From Escherichia phage vb_EcoM_bov9_1, in sequence record MT884006.2: a DNA stretch of 64,000 nucleotides; one strand, written 5' to 3'. The number at the start of each line of letters is the position of its first letter. The stretch's first letter is position 1. Below are positions 38,196 through 48,414 of the stretch, piece by piece. A model generated the notes under the pieces. It worked only from the letters and a program-made list of their open reading frames with translations, did not search any database and was not told where the DNA came from. Both the position numbers and the translations under genes were made by a program.

Positions 38196-39761
38196 ATGAC
38201 TATCAAAACTAAAGCTGAACTTTTGAACAAATGGAAGCCATTACTGGAAGGTGAAGGTTTACCGGAAATTGCTAATAGCAAACAAGCGATTATCGCTAAA
38301 ATCTTTGAAAACCAGGAAAAAGATTTCCAGACAGCTCCGGAATATAAAGACGAAAAAATTGCTCAGGCATTCGGTTCTTTCTTAACAGAAGCTGAAATCG
38401 GTGGTGACCACGGTTACAATGCTACCAACATCGCCGCAGGTCAGACTTCTGGCGCAGTAACTCAGATTGGCCCAGCTGTTATGGGTATGGTACGTCGTGC
38501 TATTCCTAACCTGATTGCTTTCGATATTTGCGGTGTTCAGCCGATGAACAGCCCGACTGGTCAGGTATTCGCACTGCGCGCAGTATATGGTAAAGACCCA
38601 ATCGCTTCCGGCGCTAAAGAAGCATTCCACCCAATGTATGGTCCAGATGCAATGTTCTCTGGTCAGGGTGCTGCTAAGAAATTCGCTGCTTTGAAAGCAA
38701 GTGATACTCTTGAAGTCGGAACTATTTACACCCACTTCTTCCAGGACACTGGTACTGTGTATCTGCAAGCTACAGCAGCTAAACAAATTGATTCAGGTGC
38801 ATCTGACGCAGACAAATTAGATGCTGAAATTAAGAAACAAATGGAAGCTGGTGTACTGGTAGAAATCGCTGAAGGTATGGCTACTTCTATCGCTGAACTT
38901 CAAGAAGGTTTTAACGGTTCTACCGATAACCCGTGGAATGAAATGGGCTTCCGTATCGATAAACAAGTTATCGAAGCTAAATCTCGTCAGCTGAAAGCTG
39001 CTTACTCTATTGAATTAGCACAAGACCTCCGCGCTGTTCACGGTATGGATGCTGATGCTGAACTGTCTGGTATTCTGGCTACAGAAATTATGCTGGAAAT
39101 TAACCGTGAAGTTGTTGATTGGATTAACTACTCAGCTCAGGTTGGTAAATCTGGTATGACCCTGACTCCGGGTTCTAAAGCTGGTGTATTTGACTTCCAG
39201 GACCCAATCGATATTCGTGGTGCTCGCTGGGCAGGTGAATCCTTTAAAGCTCTGTTGTTCCAGATTGACAAAGAAGCAGTTGAAATTGCTCGTCAGACCG
39301 GTCGTGGTGAAGGTAACTTCATTATCGCTTCCCGTAACGTAGTTAACGTTCTGGCTTCAGTTGATACCGGCATTTCTTATGCTGCACAGGGTCTGGCTAC
39401 CGGCTTTAACACTGATACTACCAAGTCAGTATTTGCTGGTGTTCTGGGTGGTAAATACCGCGTATATATCGACCAGTATGCTAAACAGGATTATTTCACT
39501 GTAGGTTATAAAGGTCCGAACGAAATGGATGCTGGTATTTACTATGCTCCATATGTAGCTCTGACTCCGCTGCGTGGTTCCGATCCGAAGAACTTCCAAC
39601 CTGTAATGGGATTCAAAACTCGTTACGGTATCGGTATCAACCCATTTGCAGAATCCGCTGCTCAGGCTCCGGCTTCTCGCATCCAGAGCGGTATGCCTTC
39701 TATTCTGAATAGCCTTGGTAAAAACGCTTACTTCCGCCGTGTATATGTTAAAGGTATCTAA
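38196..39761 (+). CDS. 23: gp23 major capsid protein
   Basis: 521 aa starting MTIKTKAELLNKWKPLLEGEGLPEIANSKQAIIAKIFENQEKDFQTAPEYKDEKIAQAFGSFLTEAEIGG. Confidence 0.97.
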   Translation: MTIKTKAELLNKWKPLLEGEGLPEIANSKQAIIAKIFENQEKDFQTAPEYKDEKIAQAFGSFLTEAEIGGDHGYNATNIAAGQTSGAVTQIGPAVMGMVRRAIPNLIAFDICGVQPMNSPTGQVFALRAVYGKDPIASGAKEAFHPMYGPDAMFSGQGAAKKFAALKASDTLEVGTIYTHFFQDTGTVYLQATAAKQIDSGASDADKLDAEIKKQMEAGVLVEIAEGMATSIAELQEGFNGSTDNPWNEMGFRIDKQVIEAKSRQLKAAYSIELAQDLRAVHGMDADAELSGILATEIMLEINREVVDWINYSAQVGKSGMTLTPGSKAGVFDFQDPIDIRGARWAGESFKALLFQIDKEAVEIARQTGRGEGNFIIASRNVVNVLASVDTGISYAAQGLATGFNTDTTKSVFAGVLGGKYRVYIDQYAKQDYFTVGYKGPNEMDAGIYYAPYVALTPLRGSDPKNFQPVMGFKTRYGIGINPFAESAAQAPASRIQSGMPSILNSLGKNAYFRRVYVKGI

Positions 39762-39776
39762 TCTTTGACGATTTAA

Positions 39777-39805
39777 GGGACCTTCGGGTCCCTTTAGTTG
39801 TTTTT
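39777..39805 (+). terminator. Intrinsic terminator after gene 23
   Basis: GGGACC-TTCG-GGTCCC hairpin followed by a T-rich tract. Confidence 0.65.
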
Positions 39806-39809
39806 ATGG

Positions 39810-39817
39810 TATAAATA
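39810..39817 (+). promoter_or_regulatory. Late promoter TATAAATA for gene 24
   Basis: Exact TATAAATA 28 nt upstream of ATG at 39845. Confidence 0.7.
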
Positions 39818-39844
39818 AATCATATAAACCAAAAGGAAAGCGCA

Positions 39845-41128
39845 ATGGCTAAAATCAACGAACTTCTGCGCGAATCAACCACAACGAATAGCAACTCAAT
39901 CGGTCGCCCAAATCTCGTTGCTTTGACTCGCGCTACCACTAAATTAATATATTCTGACATTGTAGCAACGCAAAGAACTAATCAACCTGTTGCTGCTTTT
40001 TATGGTATCAAATACCTTAACCCAGACAATGAATTTACATTTAAAACTGGTGCTACTTACGCTGGCGAAGCTGGATATGTAGACCGAGAACAAATCACAG
40101 AATTAACAGAAGAGTCTAAATTAACTCTCAATAAAGGCGATTTATTCAAATATAATAACATCGTTTATAAAGTATTAGAAGATACTCCATTCGCTGATAT
40201 TGAAGAAAGCGACTTAGAGTTAGCTCTTCAGATTGCAATTGTTCTTTTAAAGGTTCGTCTATTTTCTGACGCAGCGTCAACAAGCAAATTTGAAAGCTCT
40301 GATAGTGAAATTGCGGATGCTAGATTTCAGATTAATAAATGGCAAACCGCGGTTAAATCTCGTAAACTTAAAACTGGTATCACAGTTGAATTAGCGCAAG
40401 ATTTAGAAGCAAATGGATTCGATGCTCCTAATTTCTTGGAAGATTTGCTTGCAACTGAAATGGCAGATGAAATCAATAAAGATATTCTGCAGTCTTTGAT
40501 TACAGTGTCAAAACGCTATAAAGTTACAGGAATTACTGATAGTGGATTCATCGATTTGAGTTATGCATCTGCACCTGAAGCGGGTCGTTCATTATATCGA
40601 ATGGTATGTGAAATGGTTTCGCATATCCAAAAAGAATCAACTTATACAGCAACGTTCTGTGTTGCTTCAGCTCGTGCCGCTGCGATTCTTGCTGCATCAG
40701 GTTGGTTAAAACATAAACCAGAAGATGATAAATATCTTTCACAAAATGCCTACGGGTTCTTAGCTAATGGTTTACCGCTTTATTGCGATACTAACAGCCC
40801 ATTAGATTATGTAATCGTTGGTGTAGTAGAAAATATCGGTGAAAAAGAAATTGTTGGATCAATTTTCTATGCTCCGTATACAGAAGGTCTTGACTTAGAT
40901 GACCCTGAACATGTAGGTGCATTTAAAGTTGTTGTTGATCCAGAAAGCTTACAACCGTCTATCGGTTTATTAGTTAGATATGCTTTATCAGCAAATCCTT
41001 ATACCGTAGCAAAAGATGAAAAAGAAGCAAGAATAATTGATGGTGGAGACATGGATAAAATGGCGGGTCGTTCAGATTTGTCTGTTTTATTAGGTGTTAA
41101 ATTACCAAAAATTATTATTGATGAATAA
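39845..41128 (+). CDS. 24: gp24 capsid vertex protein
   Basis: 427 aa gp23 paralogue in conserved order. Confidence 0.95.
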   Translation: MAKINELLRESTTTNSNSIGRPNLVALTRATTKLIYSDIVATQRTNQPVAAFYGIKYLNPDNEFTFKTGATYAGEAGYVDREQITELTEESKLTLNKGDLFKYNNIVYKVLEDTPFADIEESDLELALQIAIVLLKVRLFSDAASTSKFESSDSEIADARFQINKWQTAVKSRKLKTGITVELAQDLEANGFDAPNFLEDLLATEMADEINKDILQSLITVSKRYKVTGITDSGFIDLSYASAPEAGRSLYRMVCEMVSHIQKESTYTATFCVASARAAAILAASGWLKHKPEDDKYLSQNAYGFLANGLPLYCDTNSPLDYVIVGVVENIGEKEIVGSIFYAPYTEGLDLDDPEHVGAFKVVVDPESLQPSIGLLVRYALSANPYTVAKDEKEARIIDGGDMDKMAGRSDLSVLLGVKLPKIIIDE

Positions 41129-41134
41129 AACAAA

Positions 41135-41160
41135 GGGACCGAAAGGTCCCTTTTTATTTA
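41135..41160. terminator. Bidirectional intrinsic terminator between convergent genes 24 and rnlB
   Basis: GGGACC-GAAA-GGTCCC hairpin flanked by A-run upstream and T-run downstream. Confidence 0.65.
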
Positions 41161-42165
41161 GCTCACCAACTCAATCCAAGCTGGACGAAGTACATCTTGT
41201 ACCATTTTAACTAATTCCTTTTTAATCAAAGAAGGATTATCTGCTTGAGTTAGAGTAATACCTTCACGAGAAGTTTCTTCCAAAATATCTTGAACAGTTA
41301 GCCCCATCACCTTTCCAAAATCCTTTGGACCAATTTCGCCAATTTTAGAAATAACGTTATTTACGCGGTTTAGTGTAACGTAACAAGCTAAAATTCCAAC
41401 CAATTTGTTATCAGCTTCTGATAGTTCAACTTTAGCTTTAATAGGCTTATCAGACTTTTTCTTTTCACTAAATTTAGAGTTCTTGCATTTAATCGCTACA
41501 CGAGCACCGTTTGGCAGCCATTTAGGGAAACAAGGCTTCAGAACATAACCTTCTGCAGTATTATCACCAATAACATTAGCATCAAATACACAATTATTTG
41601 CTTCGACAAGGTCTTCCGATGCCGTAACGTTATAAGCGGCTAAGACGGAATCAAGGTCGTTTGGAATCATGATAAGAGCATCAAATGTTCCACGTCCAAG
41701 CATTGGTGCCATTTTAAAACCAAACGTATTACAGAAATCTTGCATTTCGTAATCACTCATGTAATAAGTATCACCGCTTTCCGTGTTTATGATGATATCG
41801 AATACATAGAAATCTTTTTCACCGTAGTCAACACCTTTCTGAATTCCACCACCAGCGAATTCACCAAAGACTTGATATGTCACCGGCACTGAAGTTGAAA
41901 TACTGTCCATGACTTCTTGAACGCCTTTAATAGCTTTATCATACTTTTTGAGTACTATTTCATAGCCATAAAAATCTTCAGCAGGAAGAATAGGACCAGT
42001 ACGTTTAGCGCAAGTCACTTTATCACGCTCAATAATCAACGAGAAATTTGTGCCGTGAATCTTTTCACGAGCTACCCATTCGCCGCCAGTCAATCCCAAG
42101 CTGTAAAGTTTTTCAATAAATTTAGAGTTGTAATGATTTTCAAGACTGCTATACTTTTTAAACAT
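41158..42165 (-). CDS. rnlB: RNA ligase 2
   Basis: 335 aa; nucleotidyltransferase motif I KIHGTN with the catalytic lysine, C-terminus closely matching T4 Rnl2. Confidence 0.9.
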   Translation of the reverse strand: MFKKYSSLENHYNSKFIEKLYSLGLTGGEWVAREKIHGTNFSLIIERDKVTCAKRTGPILPAEDFYGYEIVLKKYDKAIKGVQEVMDSISTSVPVTYQVFGEFAGGGIQKGVDYGEKDFYVFDIIINTESGDTYYMSDYEMQDFCNTFGFKMAPMLGRGTFDALIMIPNDLDSVLAAYNVTASEDLVEANNCVFDANVIGDNTAEGYVLKPCFPKWLPNGARVAIKCKNSKFSEKKKSDKPIKAKVELSEADNKLVGILACYVTLNRVNNVISKIGEIGPKDFGKVMGLTVQDILEETSREGITLTQADNPSLIKKELVKMVQDVLRPAWIELVS

Positions 42166-42174
42166 AATTAATCC

Positions 42175-42453
42175 TCAAAATGTAATTTCTAACCAATCAC
42201 CATCACGCTGATCACTATTGACTTTAAAGCTAAATCCTTCTTTTCTAAGCCAATCACCAATTTCTTCAGTAATCAATTTATCGCGAGCAGTACAATAATA
42301 ACTAAAATGTGTTTTACCTTGTTCAGCTGCTTTATTAGCAAGTTCCGAAAAATCTTTAATAAAACACTCTAGCTTAAACTGTTTACTTTTAAGTGCTTTT
42401 TCGCGTAATTGATTAGCAAAAGATTCATTTTCATAAAGATCATACTGTTCCAT
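42175..42453 (-). CDS. Hypothetical protein
   Basis: 92 aa ORF upstream of rnlB, overlapping the preceding HTH ORF by 14 nt. Confidence 0.5.
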   Translation of the reverse strand: MEQYDLYENESFANQLREKALKSKQFKLECFIKDFSELANKAAEQGKTHFSYYCTARDKLITEEIGDWLRKEGFSFKVNSDQRDGDWLEITF

Positions 42454-42655
42454 TTTTCACCTTTTTATTGATATGTCTTTTTCTATAGACAACTTTTTCT
42501 CGAGTTTCAAATTTATTCTTAGCAGTCATAGCTCGAGCCCATAATACAGCCACTTCTTTTGCCTGTAAGTTTAATTCACGAGCAATTTCAATGAATGACT
42601 TTCCAGACTCATGAAGAGTAAACACCACAACCTCAGTTCTCATAATCAATCTCAT
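42440..42655 (-). CDS. Small helix-turn-helix protein
   Basis: 71 aa; segment HESGKSFIEIARELNLQAKEVAVLWARA resembles a sigma-70 region 4 / LuxR-type HTH; basic C-terminus. Confidence 0.45.
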   Translation of the reverse strand: MRLIMRTEVVVFTLHESGKSFIEIARELNLQAKEVAVLWARAMTAKNKFETREKVVYRKRHINKKVKNGTV

Positions 42656-42724
42656 GTTATCGAGTTGGTGCCATTATATACATCATTTTCTGATTGTGTT
42701 TTGTGTGCTTTCAAAATGAAGAAA

Positions 42725-42738
42725 GGGGCCGAAGCCCC
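42725..42738 (-). repeat. GGGGC-UUCG-GCCCC hairpin, copy 2 of 3
   Basis: Identical 14-mer, 7 nt after the hoc stop codon. Confidence 0.6.
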
Positions 42739-42744
42739 TTATGA

Positions 42745-43875
42745 TTATGGATAGGTATAGATGATACCAGTTTCTAAAGCAGTTTTATGAATGATATATC
42801 CATTACGCGATTCTTGGACATCAACTTCTGGATAGTCTTTCATCATCTTCTGAAGAGTGTAACGATGCAGGTAGTATTTACTATCTGGATCTTCAGTTTT
42901 CCAATCTTTACCTTCTTCAGTCATTTTTTGAATTTCATCCATAACCCACCAACCGCACCAGATGTAAGCTGAGCTACGGTGTGGAAGAGGATGAACATAA
43001 GGTAATTCACCTTCTGGTTCTGGAGCAACTTTATCAGTTACCTGAACTTGACCTTCTGCCGTAATAGTTTTGCTATCATAATCAGCAGCAGTAACAGTTG
43101 CAGTAACTTCAATAGTTTGACTTCCAATAGATGAGGTATCAACGGTATATACATTAGTTGACCCTTCTACAGGAGAAGAATCTTTCTTCCATGAATACTC
43201 AATTTGCGCTTCTTCTGGAGCATCAGTGACATTAGCAGTAAATGTAGCCGAAGCATCTTGTTGAACGTTAATAGAAGGAGGAGTCAATGTAACCTGTGGA
43301 TTCATTGTTTTCTTATTAACCGTTAATGATACTTCATTGGAAGTAACTTCCTTTTCATTGTAATTTTCAGCAGTTACTTGGGCTACGCATTTAATTCTTT
43401 TTACTCCACTTGTAGTTGGAGTATAGCTAAATGTAGAGTTAGTTTCTCCACCAACTTGTGAATCATCTACATACCACTGATACGTAGCAGATGCTCCATC
43501 AGGTTGAGAAACTAAGGCAGCGGTAAATTCAACAGCTGTTCCGATTACTCCAGCGTCAGGGCTATTAGGAGTTACAGCTAAGGTAGTCGTTTGTGTCTTA
43601 TTTTGAACTGTGATAGTTGTAGTAGCTTCTGCTGTTTCAGCATCAGTATCTGGAACTGTATTTGTTGCAACTACTTTAATAGTCTTTTGCCCAGCAGGTC
43701 CTTTTAATACATAATCAAAAGTTGCTTCAGCTCCATCTTGTGGAGCATCATCTACAGTCCAAGCATATGTAATAGTTCCGCCTCCAGTTTCACCACTGGG
43801 TGTAGCAGTAAACTGCTGAGTCTGATCTATAACTCCAGTAGGTGTTTTAGGAGTTATATCAACTGTAAAAGCCAT
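42745..43875 (-). CDS. hoc: Hoc, highly immunogenic outer capsid protein
   Basis: 376 aa with tandem Ig-like T/V-rich repeats and a conserved C-terminal capsid-binding region. Confidence 0.85.
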   Translation of the reverse strand: MAFTVDITPKTPTGVIDQTQQFTATPSGETGGGTITYAWTVDDAPQDGAEATFDYVLKGPAGQKTIKVVATNTVPDTDAETAEATTTITVQNKTQTTTLAVTPNSPDAGVIGTAVEFTAALVSQPDGASATYQWYVDDSQVGGETNSTFSYTPTTSGVKRIKCVAQVTAENYNEKEVTSNEVSLTVNKKTMNPQVTLTPPSINVQQDASATFTANVTDAPEEAQIEYSWKKDSSPVEGSTNVYTVDTSSIGSQTIEVTATVTAADYDSKTITAEGQVQVTDKVAPEPEGELPYVHPLPHRSSAYIWCGWWVMDEIQKMTEEGKDWKTEDPDSKYYLHRYTLQKMMKDYPEVDVQESRNGYIIHKTALETGIIYTYP

Positions 43876-43884
43876 AAGTTATCC

Positions 43885-44565
43885 TTATTTTAATGTTACG
43901 AAAGAAGAATTGCGTGTTTCACGAATTAAAACTGATCCATCACGATTAATGTAATAAATTAAGCTAAATAAAGTTTGGTGTGCTGACGCGTGCTCAAAAC
44001 TTGTTGGGTGAGATTTCCAATCCGGAGTTTCAGCAATCCATTGATAAATCCACCAAGGAACAGTGCAGAATCCTGGATTTTTTCCAATCAACTGAAGATT
44101 CGGACTAAAGTTTTCCGGAAGAGTAAATACAGACGGCCTTTCAGATTCAATAATCTCAGCTACAGCCTGTTCGAATTTTTCTTCAACAAAAGGAGTATCT
44201 TCAATCAAAACATCGGTATTTTCAGGAATTTTATCCGTTTCTACTACTTCAATTTTAATGTCAGATTTAACCGGAGAATCAATCAGAAGTGCTGCTTCTG
44301 GATTGACTTCTTCATCGTCATATTTTAACCCCTCTGCAGCATCAGCAGCATCAATTAAGTCTTTAATAGATAACCCATCAGTCTCCGGCATAGGTTCACT
44401 AGCGAGCTTCTGGAGGGCTTCTTCAATATCAACAACGATATTATCAAAAGATTTATTCTTTTTGACCTTTATACCAAACTGTTCAGCATATTCAGCTAAT
44501 TTAGCTTTAGCTTCTTTATTATCATCAAGAGCCTTCAGCTCTGCAATATAATCTTTATCTATCAT
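43885..44565 (-). CDS. inh: Inh-like, inhibitor of prohead protease
   Basis: 226 aa acidic protein immediately upstream of hoc. Confidence 0.55.
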   Translation of the reverse strand: MIDKDYIAELKALDDNKEAKAKLAEYAEQFGIKVKKNKSFDNIVVDIEEALQKLASEPMPETDGLSIKDLIDAADAAEGLKYDDEEVNPEAALLIDSPVKSDIKIEVVETDKIPENTDVLIEDTPFVEEKFEQAVAEIIESERPSVFTLPENFSPNLQLIGKNPGFCTVPWWIYQWIAETPDWKSHPTSFEHASAHQTLFSLIYYINRDGSVLIRETRNSSFVTLK

Positions 44566-44578
44566 AATATTTCCTCAG

Positions 44579-44586
44579 TATAAATA
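44579..44586 (+). promoter_or_regulatory. Late promoter TATAAATA for uvsW
   Basis: Exact TATAAATA 30 nt upstream of ATG at 44616. Confidence 0.6.
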
Positions 44587-44615
44587 TAGATATATTTATT
44601 ACATGGTATTTAGAC

Positions 44616-46127
44616 ATGACTGACATTAAAGTACATTTTTATGATTTTAGTCACGTGAGAATTGATTGTGAAGAAAGTACATTTCATGAACTCCGTGATT
44701 TCTTTAGCTTTGAAGCTGATGGGTATCGTTTTAATCCGAAATACAAATATGGCCACTGGGATGGACGAATCCGTCTTTTAGATTATAATCGTCTTCTTCC
44801 ATTCGGCTTAGTCGGGCAAATTAAAAAGTTCTGTGATAATTTTGGCTATAAAGCCTGGATTGACCCGCAAATTAACGAAAAAGAAGAATTATCAAGAAAA
44901 GATTTTGATGAATGGCTTTCTAAATTAGAAATCTATTCAGGAAATAAAAGAATTGAACCGCACTGGTATCAAAAAGATGCAGTGTTCGAAGGATTAGTTA
45001 ATCGTCGTAGAATTCTTAATCTTCCAACATCTGCAGGTAAATCTTTAATTCAAGCTTTGCTTGCGCGATATTATTTGGAAAATTATGAAGGTAAAATTCT
45101 TATCATTGTTCCAACAACTGCTCTGACAACTCAGATGGCTGATGACTTTGTTGATTATCGTTTATTCAGTCATGCAATGATAAAGAAAATCGGTGGCGGA
45201 GCATCAAAAGATGATAAATATAAAAATGATGCACCAGTCGTCGTTGGTACATGGCAAACTGTAGTTAAACAACCAAAAGAATGGTTCTCACAGTTTGGAA
45301 TGATGATGAATGATGAATGCCATCTTGCTACAGGAAAAAGTATTTCATCTATCATATCAGGTTTAAATAACTGTATGTTTAAATTTGGTCTATCTGGTTC
45401 ATTACGTGATGGCAAAGCCAATATCATGCAGTATGTTGGAATGTTTGGTGAAATATTTAAGCCAGTAACGACTTCTAAGTTAATGGAAGATGGACAAGTA
45501 ACTGAGCTAAAAATTAATAGTATTTTTCTTCGCTATCCCGATGAGTTCACTACTAAATTAAAGGGAAAAACTTATCAAGAAGAAATAAAAATTATTACTG
45601 GGCTTAGTAAAAGAAATAAATGGATCGCTAAATTAGCTATTAAGCTTGCGCAAAAAGATGAAAACGCTTTTGTCATGTTTAAACATGTATCACATGGTAA
45701 AGCTATTTTCGATTTAATTAAAAATGAATACGATAAAGTTTATTACGTATCAGGGGAAGTTGATACCGAAACCCGCAATATAATGAAAACCTTAGCTGAA
45801 AATGGTAAAGGAATAATTATAGTAGCTAGTTATGGTGTATTTTCTACTGGTATTTCAGTTAAAAATCTGCATCACGTTGTTTTAGCGCACGGTGTTAAAT
45901 CAAAAATCATTGTATTACAAACAATCGGTCGTGTATTACGTAAGCATGGTTCTAAGACAATAGCAACCGTCTGGGACCTCATAGATGATTGTGGCGTTAA
46001 GCCAAAATCTGCTAATACGAAAAAGAAATATGTTCATTTGAACTATCTTTTAAAACACGGCATTGATCGTATTCAGCGCTACGCAGATGAAAAATTTAAT
46101 TACGTAATGAAAACAGTTAATTTATAA
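44616..46127 (+). CDS. uvsW: UvsW SF2 helicase
   Basis: 503 aa; Walker A TSAGKS and DEAH-like MNDECH motifs. Confidence 0.9.
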   Translation: MTDIKVHFYDFSHVRIDCEESTFHELRDFFSFEADGYRFNPKYKYGHWDGRIRLLDYNRLLPFGLVGQIKKFCDNFGYKAWIDPQINEKEELSRKDFDEWLSKLEIYSGNKRIEPHWYQKDAVFEGLVNRRRILNLPTSAGKSLIQALLARYYLENYEGKILIIVPTTALTTQMADDFVDYRLFSHAMIKKIGGGASKDDKYKNDAPVVVGTWQTVVKQPKEWFSQFGMMMNDECHLATGKSISSIISGLNNCMFKFGLSGSLRDGKANIMQYVGMFGEIFKPVTTSKLMEDGQVTELKINSIFLRYPDEFTTKLKGKTYQEEIKIITGLSKRNKWIAKLAIKLAQKDENAFVMFKHVSHGKAIFDLIKNEYDKVYYVSGEVDTETRNIMKTLAENGKGIIIVASYGVFSTGISVKNLHHVVLAHGVKSKIIVLQTIGRVLRKHGSKTIATVWDLIDDCGVKPKSANTKKKYVHLNYLLKHGIDRIQRYADEKFNYVMKTVNL

Positions 46128-46140
46128 GGGCTTCGGCCCT

Positions 46141-46383
46141 TTGGAGAAAAAGATGTTACTAGAATTTAAACAATTTCTTTATGAAGCTTCTATTGATGAA
46201 TTTATGGGTAAAATTGCCTCTTGTCAAACATTAGAAGGTTTAGAAGAACTTGAAGCTTATTATAAGAAAAGAGTTAAAGAAACTGAATTAAAAGATACTG
46301 ATGACATCTCTGTGAGAGATGCTTTGGCAGGAAAAAGAGCTGAATTAGAAGATTCAGATGATGAAGTAGAAGAAAGCTTTTAA
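46141..46383 (+). CDS. uvsW.1: UvsW.1 small acidic protein
   Basis: 80 aa ORF immediately after uvsW. Confidence 0.7.
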   Translation: MEKKMLLEFKQFLYEASIDEFMGKIASCQTLEGLEELEAYYKKRVKETELKDTDDISVRDALAGKRAELEDSDDEVEESF

Positions 46384-46438
46384 ATTAAAAAAGGCCCAAC
46401 CAAAAAGGAAGGGCCAAAACTATAGACTAAAGGTCACA

Positions 46439-46606
46439 CTATAGCAAAAGTTGTGTTTCATTTAATTGTTCTTCCGAACTTTCTGAAACTGGTAGTTCTT
46501 TAATGTAATTATAGCAAGGCCCAGGATGTACAGGACCTTTGTCTGTTTCAACAACCAATGCAGAATCGATTGGAGTTTTACAGACAACACAAATCTTATC
46601 TGACAT
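46439..46606 (-). CDS. Small Cys-containing hypothetical protein, not in the ORF track
   Basis: 55 aa ORF MSDKICVVCKTPIDSALVVETDKGPVHPGPCYNY... with GGAGACAATC upstream of the ATG; Cys at 6, 9 and 31. Confidence 0.4.
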   Translation of the reverse strand: MSDKICVVCKTPIDSALVVETDKGPVHPGPCYNYIKELPVSESSEEQLNETQLLL

Positions 46607-46634
46607 GATTGTCTCCTCTGAATTATATATCTAT

Positions 46635-46859
46635 TTATACAACTCTCATATGCATATCAATGCCCATATCTTTAGAATAAAAATATTCATCAAGATATCC
46701 AGCAAATTTTCCTTTAATATAAAGGACATCTTCACCACACGGGTGGTCGGCCAGGATACGAATATCCTGACGCTTAAGATTATACTTTTTCATTAAGAAT
46801 TGAATCTCAGTTTCAAATTCTTCTTCATAATTAAAAGCATCATCAATGCTATATCTCAT
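46635..46859 (-). CDS. Hypothetical protein downstream of uvsY
   Basis: 74 aa ORF, start overlapping the uvsY stop. Confidence 0.55.
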   Translation of the reverse strand: MRYSIDDAFNYEEEFETEIQFLMKKYNLKRQDIRILADHPCGEDVLYIKGKFAGYLDEYFYSKDMGIDMHMRVV

Positions 46860-47272
46860 TATTTTCCAGCCTCAAATGCTCGCATGTCTTGAATGTGCTT
46901 AATAGCAAATCCACGTGATTTAATAGCATCAAGAGCTCCGCTACAGAAATCTAATAAAATCCCCCAATACTGTAACGAGGTATCAACCTTTAAAACATCC
47001 TTATCAGCTGATAGAACTGTCTTCATTTCTGATTTCTCGTAACGATCCATACTAAATTCATCACCATCTCCTCGTCCCGAGTAGTAGTCTAATTTAGCTT
47101 TAAGAGCAACTTTCTTTTGCGCGTCAATTCTAAGCATTTCCTTTTTAATACTTGAATGCTTATTAAGCCATTTACTATATAACATCACATTATTAGCTGC
47201 TTCATACTGTAATTTAGTCGAATCTATAAACACATCTTTCTTCAATTCTTCTTGAAGATCTTCTAATCTCAT
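46859..47272 (-). CDS. uvsY: UvsY recombination mediator
   Basis: 137 aa ORF in conserved position upstream of gene 25. Confidence 0.85.
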   Translation of the reverse strand: MRLEDLQEELKKDVFIDSTKLQYEAANNVMLYSKWLNKHSSIKKEMLRIDAQKKVALKAKLDYYSGRGDGDEFSMDRYEKSEMKTVLSADKDVLKVDTSLQYWGILLDFCSGALDAIKSRGFAIKHIQDMRAFEAGK

Positions 47273-47338
47273 ATTGTTCTCTATTCAATTGTTATTGGAT
47301 GGACTTAGATTCATTATACCACGTTTTAACGTGAAGCA

Positions 47339-47737
47339 TTATACTCTATTACTAGAAGCCAGTTGCAGTTTTATCTGCTCAATATCATCAGGGTTATCGA
47401 TGACCGAAAAACGTATTTCTACTATCAGAGTATAATCATCATAAACGGGTATCACATTAACTGCTAATTTATCAATACGTGGCTCATAGTTTCTTACTGC
47501 GCTTTCGATATTACGCTCAACTGTGTCAGCAGTAAGAGGAGTCATATTTTCAAAAAGCTGGTCTGATAAATCACATCCAAATTCAGGGTCAAACGGTCTT
47601 GAACCTTTTCTTGTTGTAATAATTCCCAAAAGACTGTTTTTAATTGACCTTAATCCAAGTGATCTGGAAACGTCTTTGTTCCAATCCATTTTCATTTCCG
47701 GGTCAATGTCAGAATAAAGCTTATTAATATTTGACAT
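47339..47737 (-). CDS. 25: gp25 baseplate wedge protein
   Basis: 132 aa ORF in conserved order. Confidence 0.9.
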   Translation of the reverse strand: MSNINKLYSDIDPEMKMDWNKDVSRSLGLRSIKNSLLGIITTRKGSRPFDPEFGCDLSDQLFENMTPLTADTVERNIESAVRNYEPRIDKLAVNVIPVYDDYTLIVEIRFSVIDNPDDIEQIKLQLASSNRV

Positions 47738-48363
47738 TATAGTAACTCAAAGAACTCTTTGAGGCCTCTTATTACGTGAGCATGGGTTTTTCCACACTCT
47801 GGACACTTAATTGGAACAGCCAAATAAACAGTAGGCTTTAAAAGCATATCTTTTATAGCTACAATATCTGACTCTGTGATGATAGAATATAAATCTTCTA
47901 GTTCCTTTTCATTTAAGTCTTCAACTGGAATGCTTTCCCCGTTAGCATGAATCGTTTCTATGCATGATACTATCATGTGGGCTATATTTTTATCATCAAA
48001 AATTTTAGGGTATCGGAATTTAATTTTAATGTCACCCAGTGTATACCAGAGGTCTTCTGGCGCATCTATTTGTGTATGTAATAGATTTATATGGGTTGGT
48101 ATTTCAGTTCCACAGGTGCACTTCCAGGAGTTTTCGTGATTAACTTCGCCGAGAGAATGTGCCCATAAATGAATCAACAATAGTTCTGATTCTTGGCGGT
48201 TTAAATCTTTTGCATTTGTGCAGTCTTTGATTAGCTTTTTAACAATTACTTCTACGGAACCATTATTTTTGGCAGTAATAAGTTCTAGATATTCTTTAAG
48301 AGTAAATGCGCGACAATTGATTATTTTAGAACCAACTCTCACATCAAATTTGTATTCATACAT
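47737..48363 (-). CDS. 26: gp26 baseplate hub protein
   Basis: 208 aa ORF divergent from gene 51. Confidence 0.85.
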   Translation of the reverse strand: MYEYKFDVRVGSKIINCRAFTLKEYLELITAKNNGSVEVIVKKLIKDCTNAKDLNRQESELLLIHLWAHSLGEVNHENSWKCTCGTEIPTHINLLHTQIDAPEDLWYTLGDIKIKFRYPKIFDDKNIAHMIVSCIETIHANGESIPVEDLNEKELEDLYSIITESDIVAIKDMLLKPTVYLAVPIKCPECGKTHAHVIRGLKEFFELL

Positions 48364-48385
48364 ATTTTAGCTCCTTTATTTATCA

Positions 48386-48393
48386 TATTTATA
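48386..48393 (-). promoter_or_regulatory. Late promoter TATAAATA (minus strand) for gene 26
   Basis: Plus TATTTATA equals minus TATAAATA, about 25 nt upstream of ATG at 48363; overlaps the divergent gene 51 promoter. Confidence 0.6.
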
Positions 48394-48397
48394 AATA
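48390..48397 (+). promoter_or_regulatory. Late promoter TATAAATA for gene 51
   Basis: Exact TATAAATA 18 nt upstream of ATG at 48415. Confidence 0.65.
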
Positions 48398-48414
48398 GAA
48401 TAAAAGGAGCATCT

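Noticed and set aside
46539-46796. 85 aa plus-strand ORF between uvsW.1 and uvsY
   Set aside because: Antisense to two minus-strand ORFs that have proper SD sequences; hydrophobic low-complexity translation.
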